A DNA stretch of 63,456 nt, counting the filler, from Hausera hauseri (taxonomy: Eukaryota), in NCBI GenBank assembly GCA_046269625.1. It is 10 parts of 10 records of this genome, joined end to end, with 100 filler letters (N's around TTAATTAATTAA, not from the genome) between each part and the next. Parts side by side here need not be neighbours in the genome. Positions count along the whole stretch, not along the records: positions 22,261 to 27,641 come from JBJURY010266507.1; positions 27,742 to 37,449 come from JBJURY010305499.1; positions 37,550 to 44,132 come from JBJURY010084324.1; 7 more parts are not named here. One strand, written 5' to 3'. Positions within the stretch are counted from its first letter, which is position 1, and every line of letters starts with the position of its first letter. Position numbers and translations under genes: made by a program. Shown in pieces: positions 25,860-37,638 of the stretch. Under the pieces are notes generated by a model, which had not been told where the DNA came from, searched no databases, and saw only the letters and a list, made by a program, of their open reading frames with translations.

Positions 25860-27640
25860 CTGCGTCCTATTTCCCTCTATCTTCTTCATATGCTTTCAAA
25901 AACTTTCCAAAGAGCGTTATGATTTCAGTCAATATTTTACATGAAAACCAAATCAATGTAAATATTTCATACCCATTTATTACTGCTTGGATGGCTGCCT
26001 TAATCATTTGTATCAGGAAATATATCGCTAAGAATCCGGATGCGGCTTGGCCAAAAATCAAAAATCTTTCCGAAATTTTGTAGAGTATTTCCGTAGTTAC
26101 TCGCTGATAATGGTTTACACAAGTAAGGATTCCAATTTGGCCTGATATCGTGTATTGTCTACTACTGAGGCCATGGCTCGGTTTAATTCATGTGTTCGTT
26201 GGTGCGGAAAAGCGAGGAATTGTCTAAAAGCTTCGATATCCTTAAGCCTGTATATGCCTTTCGACGAGGTATCTTGAAATTTGTCGTTTGTAATTCCTTT
26301 CGCAAGATTTGTTCCTGTTAATTTATTTGGAGTGGTAGTAATACCTCCATTTGGTAAGCTAGCCCAGTCTTTTTCACTACGTCTAAACATAGGTTCCCCT
26401 AAGCTTGCCTTACAATCTTTAAGAATAGTTGGTTGGGTCGCATTATCCAATAAGACTGTCGTCAACGTTGTAGCTAATCTGGGAGTATTCTGATAAATAG
26501 CAAGGAGTTCCTGAATGCAACGTTTTTCTTCTACGTTGATGGGTACATCTCTCTTTTCGCATTCATAGGTTAGCAGTACCTCGCCCGTGACCCGACCGAA
26601 AATTCCCTCTCTCATAGGAATTATTAGAGAAGCCAATTTTGGGTTGGCATATATAAGAGCCACTTTCATCCTCATGATCTCGGTATCTAATTTACAATCA
26701 TTTGTTATCATTTGTGATATAATTCAGTTATTCCAACTTGCCCTTTGTAATAGAAGTAATCGTCTCTGTTTTTCAGATAGTCCTCGATTCGGACATCCTG
26801 CGTTTCTAGTTTGCAAGTCTTCACATTTATTTCCGTTTCTGCGACAAAAAATGTCTCATAATTAGTAGCAAACATCACTACGTCACAACGAGAGATAATC
26901 TCTTTTTTAATAAATTTCAGTCTATGCTGATCCAAGATTAATATAGTGTGTTTAGGATGTTCCGATACGTACTCGCGTGTCCTCGAGTTAGTATCCGATT
27001 TATCCACGTATCGCTTTCCGGTAGTTTCATTAGACTTCAGTTCTTTAATTTTAATAAAATTACAACTTCTTCCAGAGGGAGGTTCCCATATTGTACCAGA
27101 ACCTCCGAAAGCACAGGTTTCGTCTTGTAGATGACACTTTTGATTCTTGGTGTATAACTTGGTGACGCTATGGAATATTACTTTCTGTGATTGCATTTCC
27201 GATTCGTAGAAATCCACGACTACTACATTCGCTTGTAGTCCTTTTCCAGTGTCGTATTCTGCTCCGTAACAATGTCCGCTACGCATATCTAACCTTCCGA
27301 CCACTACTTTGTATACCCTAATTATCTTCCCTGGTTGCATTTCTAACTGCATACTGTCCCATTGTACTCTTCCAGTCTCCTTGGCTTGTTTGCAGTGCTG
27401 TTGTTCTAAGTTCATCGGAATTAGAGCAGTTGTTGGTTTGATTATTGAGGAATGCCCGTGTACTAACCCACATTGAAAAATGCTGCGGGATCGTCTCAGC
27501 ATACATTCCACTCCATCTAAAGATATCAGTTCTTGTTGTTGGTACAGGAAGTAATTCTTTTCTTTTGTTTCTAGCTTGTGCGAACTGGCGTCTTCGCATG
27601 CTTCTAAATCAGTTAAGGAATATCTCTTTCCTAGTTTGAA
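25860..27640 (-). pseudogene. Chuvirus-like (class III, gB/G-fold) envelope glycoprotein, copy A, upstream of the protease
   Basis: YSLTDL.AC, IFQCGLVHGHSS, CKQAKETG, CYGAEY, GEVLLTYEC, CIQEL..Y, KGIY and a C-terminal hydrophobic TM segment; 2 frameshifts; colinear with 56320-58110. Confidence 0.75.
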
Positions 27641-30159
27641 TNNNNNNNNNNNNNNNNNNNNNNNNNNNNNNNNNNNNNNNNNNNNTTAATTAATTAANNN
27701 NNNNNNNNNNNNNNNNNNNNNNNNNNNNNNNNNNNNNNNNNTTTTTCTTGTAATTAATCACTCATACGATAATAAAATCTAGATTAAAAAATAAATATAA
27801 AAAACAAACATTACCTGTGTAATGACTTTGGTCAAAATTCCTTTGATCTTGAACATGAGAAATACCAATAAGGCTTAACGGACTCGATGGCAAGGTGGAC
27901 AAATCCATTGGCAGAGGTGCAGCAGCTGTGAAAAAGTCATTTCAATATGGTTGTAAGTTTTTATTTGGACCAATAACTCAGGTGTTCTCAGTCACTTACA
28001 AAACATTTTGAACAAGTGCTGCATGCTTTTTAAAAATCGTATGTATTTTTCAATATATCATCCTTGTTAAAAAAAGTAAACCTTAAACAAGTCCTTGAAC
28101 AAAATAAAACGCCTTTAAGAACTACATTCAAACTTAGATAAAAATTCACAATAACCACTGCTTATATAAGGTTAACAATACATGATTACTGTATGTTGGA
28201 AATTTTCAAAATAAAATACTTTTTCCAGACTTGAATTCCTGCTATGTGGGTAGTATTGTTTTTTTCCCTTACAATATCTGAAAAAGATTTATTATATATG
28301 TTTATTATAAAAAGATGTTTACTATAAAAATAAAGGCCTTTAACATAAATGATAGATCTTGAATATGTTTGCCAACACTATGTGAGCTTAAAGCAAGATC
28401 GCAGCCAAGGATGCAGGCTGACACAAGGCGAAAAATAATAGGAGAAAATACTATTTTAAAAAGAGGCTGACGTGGAGGCAGAATAACAGAACTACAAAAC
28501 AGAGCAACTTAGGAAGGGAGCCAGGGTAAACTATAAAATGGACAGATGTGGACATAGAGAAAGAAAACCAGATAAATAGGGCAAAAAGAATATAAACAGG
28601 TGTGAGGAGAGACAAAGAATGATCAGGACAAGACAGAGTTGACTGAGGAAATGATAAGAATGAAACCAGAACACAAACACAAGAGGGAAACAAAGTATGA
28701 AACAGACTATGACACACTGTATGTTGTTAAATAACTTGTAAAAATATATATTTAATTTAAAACATAACACCTAACAGAATATTGGTCCAATACTACCACT
28801 TTTTATTAACAGAGTTTATTAGTTTGTTGCTGTTTACTTGTCTGTTGAGAGGCCAATACATGAATCTAAGATAAGGGATTAAGCCTGGAGGACTGGAATT
28901 GATGATCCCTGGTCTACATTTTCCAAAACAAAACAAAACATATCTTTTTATTCTTGCAGAATTCTTTATACTAGATATTTTATTAGTGGTTTTATCATTG
29001 CTAATCAGCGTTATTTGTGTTTTTTGTGCGTTGTCTAGAGTTTGTAAAGTAATTTTGTGTGTGAACCTCTGTATGGATGCTGCTGTGGCACCTGAATTTC
29101 CCCTTGTGGGACAATAAAGGCTATTCTATTTTTTTAAATTCTATTCTGTTAATCTATCTGAGCAGTAGGCTGTCATTCTACTGTAAAAACTGTTCATGAA
29201 ACCAAATTTTACCATTTTATATCAGCTAAAATGTATTTTTGATCTTGTTTTGAGATTGATGTACTGCACAAGAGCAGAATATGTTGGATTATTAATCTTG
29301 TTAACCTGACAAGATTTCTTTATTCTAAGGAATCTTACCAACTGCCGATTATTATTCATTATTCATCTGAAAAGATTCAGAGTATAATCTAGTTTATTAG
29401 TTTATTTAAGTGGAGACCCAGGCAAACTGGACCCNNNNNNNNNNTTTTGTTAATTTAAGATAACTTCCATTCAGTGGCACAAATTTTTTTGCTTTTATAT
29501 CTTTTAGAATTCAGTCAGTGTTTCACTTCATATGATTCATAATTAACCATTACACGACTGGACGAAGTGACACTCAGGTCTTACTGCGCATGTCTGATCA
29601 GGAAATCTGTGATCCATCTGTCGGGTCTAGTAATCAAACCCTGAATATGCATTAATCCTAAACCATTTATTGGCTTGAATAAACTGCCCTGATGGCGTGG
29701 CTTGGTGTTAGATCAACAGATTACAGGTGTTGACAAGTTGAAGGCTTGTTCAAGCTCAATTTTTCTGATATCCTGGATTTATAAATCTGACTGACTGAAG
29801 AAATTAGCCCCAGAAATGTTAAAAAGTAGCTGATTTTCTTATAACCTTGTGATGACATGTAGCATCTGTCTATTTTCTTTCCACTTTAAACATTTGTTTT
29901 GTATCTAGTTTAGGTATAGAGCATCTCAGGCAAACATTTTTGGCAGGTTGAGACACACACCCTTAGAAGTGGCCTTTTGAAATTACTTAACTGCCATACT
30001 TATTGTTTGTTTGCAGCCACATCAAACAAACCCAATGGTACCAAAGATCTGAAAAAACATTTTTTTCAGTTTTTTATTTTTATTAGGAACTGAAATTTCA
30101 ATAAATTAGATTTTAGAAATTTCTGTGCTGTAATAGAACCTTTAAACAATATATTATAC

Positions 30160-31113
30160 CTGTAAAAAAGGATTCTGTGGGCTCAAAATTTAGCTGAGGT
30201 CTGGCAGAGGTCTGGTCACCTTTGGTAGATACCATGTTCAGAAGAGGTGTTGGAATCTGAGGGGCTGGAGGAAAGGAGGAATTGTTGGGTCGCTTCCTTT
30301 TCTCCTCCTCTGTTTCGCTCTCTGAGTCAGAATCACCAAAGATGAGTCTACAGAACAGAATAAATCAAAACAAGCTTCTTACTTTTTATCATGGTTAACT
30401 GAAATATTTTTTTATTTATGGCAGCTCATCAATCAGTGTGGAAACTGCTAAAAAAGATGATACTGCAAATAAGAATTGCAGACATTCACAGGTCTAATAT
30501 TAGATGCTCTTTCTGATTTTACCTCAAAATCATGCCAGGAAAAAGTAGGCATAATTCAACATTCTAGCACTTTACAATATTAAAGTAAAATAATAGTTTT
30601 GGTATTCTAAACATGGAAGCTTTCCTGTCTTATACATATCTACTCTCATATTTTGGATACTTGTCACAGATCTCTAAAAATCAAACCTTGGCTTGATTTT
30701 TCTCTTCCTAACCACCTCTTCCTCCTCATCTGTCTGTAGCTCCGATGTGTTACAGGTCAGAGATGCCTTCAGTTTCTCTCTGGCTCTTAGGTAATCCCCT
30801 ACTCAGAATTAAAAGATTACAAAATTACTCAATTGCTGCCGCTCAAGAGACATAAATGTTCAAGTGTAGAGTTTACTTCAGTTTCTTGGAAGGGGTAGTG
30901 TGTGAGAAGACTCAAGCTAAATTTACCTGCTCTTGAGAGGACTCGAACATCGTACGATTTCCAGTCTTCTCCAGGCTCTTCATTTTTTTGAACTGCTCTG
31001 TTTATTCGATTATCAGAACTATAGCTTGGCCACCTCGTCATTCCATTATAAAACCAGGAATCTGGTATGATGTTTACAGCCTTGTTGTCGATAAATTCAA
31101 CGATCAAATACAT
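30160..31113 (-). CDS. Spliced accessory (ORF2/TnpA-like) gene of an EnSpm element; exons ~31113-30927, ~30799-30687, ~30348-30160, continuing downstream
   Basis: MYLIVEF..IPDSW..WP..RAV...EEP..DWK.YDVRVL is the typical N-terminus of animal EnSpm companion proteins; GT-AG junctions visible. Confidence 0.65.
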
Positions 31114-32485
31114 CTGAAAGAAAAAATGTTACATTTTGTAACATATGTTCCACATGTTAAAAACAGAAAACATTTATATATTGAGGATGTTTCTAAAAAT
31201 CTGAACCTATGGTGTTCAATATTCCTATTTCTTTTTTAATGTGACAGCACTTGTTACACTAGATTATGCAAAATACTTATGGGCCATGCACATTAAAATA
31301 TTCAATTCATAATACTAGAGATTCAGTGTAAAGTTCAAATGTCACCTAACTATAAAAGGACTACAATTATACAACACCACATTGTGCAAGGCACAGCAAT
31401 CACCTTACAGATGATCTTTTTTAATAAGACAGAATTTTCATGATATATTTAATGATCTACATTAGAGGAAAAGACTCAGTCAGTGCAAGAACTGAATGAG
31501 AACATAAACATTAGTTTCTCAGCTTTAAGAATATTAAGTTTACTACTTTATTAAAATTACTTGAACAACTAATTGATTAATTGATGCATGAAAAGTTACA
31601 ATATTGAGAGCAGTACTAAATTTGAAAGATGTTGCCAAGCTTATAACATCACCTCACATCTGTCTGGGCCATTATTTATCAAACTTCTTAAGACCCCTCA
31701 CATACTTGGGCATACTTTGCTCTGCGCGGACTTGAGGGGGATTCACTGGGGATTAGAAGCGACCATCCGCTGGATTGGTTTGCACAGAGATCAATTATTT
31801 ACGGTTGCAGTGTCACACAATAAATTACAATAGCTCTGATCCTGGGTAAGCAGTTATTTTCTTCTGTTGTTTTAAAGCTAAAATGCAAACTATCTCTTCC
31901 TCTTCGTCCTTGACATCGTGGGTGAAACTGCGAGAAATTAAAGAATTTGTAAAGGGGTTAACCATATCCATGTGATTAGGGCTTGTTATATCAAATGAGT
32001 AATAGAACAGCATTCTTAAGAGTAATTCCAAAAAATTTGATAAATATGGGTCCTAATTTACTAAGTTTTCATGGAGTGCAAAACATAGACATTAAACTGC
32101 AACATACAGTGTCAACTCTGAACCAAATCTCATTGTCTTTTTCATTTATTTCTTGAATTACTTTAAACATTATGCTGAACATGTATTTAGAAGTTCAAGA
32201 ATTACCATAACTACAAGCTTTTAGTATTAGCACATCTTTCATTTGTGCACGGGATTTTTTGTCTCTAATTTATAATCCTGGAAAAATTAACCCTGGTGGT
32301 GTTATTTAGGTTGCTTAATTTGAATACTCACATCATAAAAATCTCTCCAAAGCCTTTTGAAGAGTTAAATGTGATTTAGACTTGAATAGGAAAATCAGTC
32401 AATAAAGTCATTCTGGTTATATTGTCTGTCATGTTAGTGTCCAACCAGTCTCACTCATCTTATTCTCCCCAACTGGCTCTACACC

Positions 32486-34534
32486 CTAAACTTCCAATGT
32501 CTGGACATCACCAAGAGTATGCAAAAGTGGCATTATAACAAACCTATTTTTATAAGGCAGAAGCATACACTTATGAGACACCTGTGAGACTTTTGCCACC
32601 CTTAAGGGCCCTGTAGGCTCAGACACAATAAACACTCTGAGAAAGTCAGAGGACACTGGATACTTGTAGAAGTTTTCCATCTGTGTAAACATCTTATATA
32701 CTACATAAATTCCTTCTAAAGCCTGAACAATATTATGTATGACACAGAAATGTCCATCTATAATAAAAGCATTATCACCAGTAGAAACTTTCATGAACCA
32801 CTTTCCTGTCTTCAATCCTCTGTACTGTGCTACCGCTTGAAGGCCATCAGGAACAGGTCCAACATAATGTTGCATTCTTAACTCATTACAGGGCAACTCA
32901 AAGCTACAGATCTTTTCAACTTCTGACAATCATCTTATTATCTGTGCAAGAGGAAAATCTGGCTTTCTGACAAACCTTTTCAGTTTACATAGATAGTTTT
33001 CATATGGAAAAGCTGAGATACAGTCCAAAGAACCAAACCGTTGAGCATCTGCAGATAGGTGGACCAAGGCATGCACATTATAAACCAGAGCATCTTTGCC
33101 ATAAAGCTCTCCAAAATGACCAACAAATGTTTTGAGTAGTGTGTTTGCATAAGTACTATACAGGGAACACAGCTGAGGACTGACAAGAATGCAAACACCT
33201 ACAGAAAATAACATAAAGTTGTTATATAAATGACTGTCTAAATATGGTGCCAGCACAACAGAACCAGTATACATCAAAAATTGCCACAGTTCAGTTGCTT
33301 TCCAACGGTCAAGCTCTCTTAGACACCTTGGCTTCCTTGCAAACTCAAGTGGTATATATTTGCGCATTTGAATCAAACTGTGAGAAATCTGATCAACAAT
33401 GCTAGAGGACAAACGAAATTTCAAAGGACCTCTAAGCCAGATATTCAACAACTTAAGTGCAACACCTAAACATGCAAGGTGCATGTAATCTAGAGGAAAT
33501 TTAGTTACCATGCCAACATCTAAACCAGACAATCCATGAGGTCCCTCGTGATGGTGGTACTCATCAGTCCTCTCTGAAAATGATGAATCAGTTCGTAACA
33601 CAAAATCATTTATGGGATATGTCATTCTGTTGTTCGTATAAACACCTGGCTGGCAACACTTGTCACATCCATGATATGCATTATGAGCCTTCACATTTTT
33701 CACAAAGGCTCTAGCAGGAGTATCACAGACAACTGAATCCACCTCAATAAAAAGTTGTTTTCCTTTAAAAAAAACTCCTTCCTGCAGCTGTTTCAACTCC
33801 TGGTTAAAATCTCTTAGAAATTCATCAGCAGAACTTGGCTTTTTGGAACCACAAAACAAGCCAATAACAGCAGGTTCTTTCATTGGAACACTTACCAAGA
33901 GTCCTAAGATGGGCCATAACTGTATATTTGTGCTTTTAAACAACTGCAAGCCATCAATATTTATTTGTAACCTAAAGCGACATACATCTGCTGTGTTTTC
34001 TATTAACTTGACTAAAGTCTTTTGAAGAGCTTTCAATATTCCTGTATAATAATACAAACCACCACATCTATGTTGAATTTCATATTCTGTGTTTGTTTTA
34101 AGAACTGTTCTGGCATCTTTTGGAAGTTGTGGATGGTACACTCTTAGTAAACTAAGGAGAGCTGTGAGGGCAACTAAAGACACACCAAACTGTAAAGCCC
34201 AATTGGCTAGGCTTTCAACAAGGCTCTCTGGCTCATCAGCAGACTGGGACTCTGATTCAGAGTCGGACTCTGAAACATAATGGATTTCTGCTTCTCCATT
34301 AGTATCATCTGGGCCAAGTTCATCTACATGGTCATTTATGAGAAAGTGTGTGGCTTCATTGCTGCTTTCAGGGCTACTTGTCATAGGTGTCCCAGTGTCA
34401 TGGACTGAAGGTAGTTCTGAGTCTATCAGACAGTCCTCTGCAATGTCAGAAAGTCGTTTTTCCAGAGCAAAGCGAGCCCTCCGTCTAATGCCAGAGTTTG
34501 TCAACGGATGTTCCCTCCTTTTCATTTTCTCCAA
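32486..34534 (-). pseudogene. EnSpm/CACTA (CMC) transposase with one in-frame stop at 32930-32932
   Basis: LPKDARTVL, INIDGL.LFKS..LWPILG, CDTPARAFVK..H...GCDKC, FPLDYMHL.CLGV, LDRWKATEL, YNVH.L.HL..FGSLD..SAFPYENYL; the two ORFs are in the same frame. Confidence 0.9.
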
Positions 34535-35469
34535 AAAAAAAGATGATGGAACACAACAAACTCCTTACTTAGTACTTTGATAAATTATTGATTTCTAGTG
34601 TAATAACAGCATGTCACTAGACTTTCTCTGTGAAAGGAAAAAGAATACTTACCCTTCTTTCTTGTTCTGACAGAATCTGAAAATAAATAAATAAAATGTT
34701 AATGCTAGTGCACAAGATCTTAAAAAGTTTGCTCACTTCGAGCATGCAACTTCTTGACACAAAATGTATTAAAATGCATGTTACAACAACAAATACAACA
34801 ACAATAACTTATCGTCATAATATCGATTATTATTATTACAGTTATCATAATTATAATAATGATATTATAAAAAACCTGCAGAATATTCACTGTTAAAGAG
34901 TGGAAACAAGGAAAATTTACATCATGTCAGTGATTAAAAAATTAAAGAGCAAAAATATAGCATTTTGGCACTGTTTATGGGGGTGGGACAAATTCACTAA
35001 TACAATTAATATCCCTTAGTTGCATGTTTATTTAGATAAGCACGGCTGAGTCGTGCTGTAATAGTAGTTGATGTAGTAGATATCAGTTGAATTTGGGGGA
35101 CCATTAAGAAAACCACCACTCTTTCCATCTTTGCATATTTGCATTTGAAAATGTTACTGATGTTTATTAGAGAGCATATCCATTTGAAATTAAAACAAAA
35201 CAAAATTCAAATGTCTAAACCTTATCCCCTCAACTAGGTTAATCATAAAACACTGACACAAGCCATTAAACTACTCTAAACAGTTTGGGGACCTGAGTTG
35301 AATCAAGACAGCTACCAGTAATTAAAGGTGCAACCCTCTTATAGACAGGTGTCAAACTAAACTGCACAGGGAAACAAAATTAAAACATTGGATCAGGGCA
35401 AAGGCTGTCTTAATGAACTTTTTACATGACATTTTAGATAAATATTGCTAGCTAAATTATCAATTAAGC

Positions 35470-35748
35470 CAGTGGTTCCCAAACGTTTTAGCTTTTGACC
35501 CACAAAACACCAGCAACAGAGACCTGTGACCCCAGCAGTTGGTGGTAAACATTGTTTTCACGTCAAATAAACAAGAGTGTATAACATTATTTATCATGTT
35601 ATTTTTTCCATTTTAAGTACACTAATCTTATGTTGTAACAACAAAGGTAAAAATATGTTAATGGTTGTCATTTTTTTAGTGTAATTAATTTAGAAAATAT
35701 TTTAAGGACCCCACCTTGATCTTTCAGGCCCCACATTGTGAACCACTG
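35470..35748. mobile_element. hAT-Charlie-type MITE
   Basis: Termini CAGTGGTTCCCAA ... TTGTGAACCACTG; flanking 8-mers aattaagc / aattaaat (6/8 match, decayed TSD). Confidence 0.7.
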
Positions 35749-36879
35749 AATTAAATAATAAATTCCTTCTTTTGATCAACTGTTCTCATCAACATCTGAT
35801 GAAATACTTATCTTAGGCCTTTCAACCCTCTAAAGTTTTCAAAGTGGAACTCCAAATCCAGCTACTAATCCAACAATGAAACTGCAGAAAAGCTGTGTCC
35901 AAATGCGAAACTTAGGACCCAGCATCTGATAAATGATTGAGAAGTAAAAGCTTAATCTTCCTATACTCTAGTTAGTTTTTCATCTGGATCCCTTGGTCTT
36001 TTCAATTTTAGGTAAAATTAAACCTTACGGCACTCGCTGGTTCTTTTACACATGTAATCAAACTAAAATGCCGTACAGGTAGTGAGACTCACTGATTTCC
36101 CAACTCACGTTGCGATAAAACACAAACTTCATCAAACAAGTCTTCGTCCCTGATATCTGTCGTCTCTTTAAACTAAACATAGACTTAAGTCAGAAAGAAA
36201 CGCCAAGTAAGATTGTGTTTTGCGGACGTAGCACACTGGCCTTTAAACTTTACCTGACTAGCAGCTAGCTAGCCTTGGTCTTGGACAGGGGTTACCTTTT
36301 CTAGTGCATTCTGGGAGTTGTAGTTTTAATTGATCGGTAAAAACTTGGATTATCTATACTACTTAGGATTCATAATCCCATACTAATGACATATATGCTC
36401 ATAGTTTAAAAATTTTAAATATTTTTTAAAACGATCTCGACATAATTACAGCTTGTAAGCTCACATAGCCAAAACCCCCAACAATGCTAACCACTAAGTT
36501 CTTAAATTTGTCCGTTTTTAGTCTAATTATGTAAATACTTTCGATTCTTTTTTCTTTGACCACAAACACAAACTCTCAACAGCGTTTCAGTGAACACAAC
36601 AATTTTAACTTATGACCTTAAATCGCGCTGCTAATACACAAATCTAACAAAGCTAGAACATTTTTTTCCTAACATGTTCTTGTGACTTACCTGAAGTAAA
36701 CTTCGAGTGAATTTAATAATAAAATTATTTACCTTAAATTATCTCCACTCCTTCTCCTGACGACTTCTGGAGGAAAAAGACGGGGGCGCTTCCGTTTCCC
36801 CGAGTCCAGCCCGTAAGTGAGGCGATTGTAACTCCCACCCTAGACCTGGGCGGCAGGCACTGAAACAGATGTGACTGAT

Positions 36880-36934
36880 GCGCGGATCTGCCGGTACGAA
36901 AACGGATCTGGCCCTGAGTCGCTTGCTATCTGGG
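36880..36934 (-). mobile_element. Putative 5' terminus of the EnSpm element (CCCAGATAGCA...) with subterminal CAGATCCG repeats
   Basis: A CCCAG..AGCA end is typical of fish EnSpm families; two CAGATCCG motifs lie within 55 bp; the partner terminus was not found in this contig. Confidence 0.5.
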
Positions 36935-37027
36935 TCCTTTCCTCTGTTTTATGCATTTCATGTTTCACCTCTATCCACCTTTTTTCAGTTCTGAATCCAC
37001 CTCTTCTTTCAACAATTCAATTTTGAA

Positions 37028-37449
37028 TTAATCGCTTTCATGGCTTTCATCTCTTTCAGCGGTCTCACCTTCAAGTGTTTTCAGGTTTGGGAGTATTTCA
37101 AGGGCAAAATTTAACCAGTTACTCCTGTTTGCCTTCTCCAGAGGGTTTCCCTTAAAAGCCAGGTCCACCAAATCCGGCAGTTTTTGAAGCTTCCTAAACT
37201 CTATAATATCGTCGATTTTATTGTACTGTATATCCAGGATTTTCAGTTTCTTACAGGCACAAATTCCTTCCAATTGTTTAATAAAATTATGAGAAATGCA
37301 CAGCCACTCTAATGTGTCTGCCACTTGTTCCAGCCCAACAAGTGAACTTATTCTATTGTCGTTTAAAATCAATTTCTTCAATGTCCGAAGAGGCCCAAGG
37401 TTTTGTATTTGAGAAATGCGGTTTGCGGGAATATGTTCCGAGAGCCTTT
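37028..37449 (-). CDS. Leucine-rich-repeat protein, divergent axonemal dynein light chain 1 (DNAL1)-like, 5'-truncated
   Basis: L.GLEQVADTLE.L.IS.NFI..L.GI...KKLKIL...N......EF.KL..LP.L.DL.F.GNPLE..NW....LP.LK.L.G follows the DNAL1/LC1 pattern. Confidence 0.7.
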
Positions 37450-37638
37450 NNNNNNNNNNNNNNNNNNNNNNNNNNNNNNNNNNNNNNNNNNNNTTAATTA
37501 ATTAANNNNNNNNNNNNNNNNNNNNNNNNNNNNNNNNNNNNNNNNNNNNCTGAACATGATTCACGATGTGAACTGAGGGTTAAAGATTGTTCGACTCGAA
37601 GGATTACAATACTTGACAGGGAAACCAATCGAGGAAAT

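Noticed and set aside
28451-29117. Hydrophobic short ORFs
   Set aside because: Low-complexity purine/pyrimidine-biased intronic or intergenic sequence
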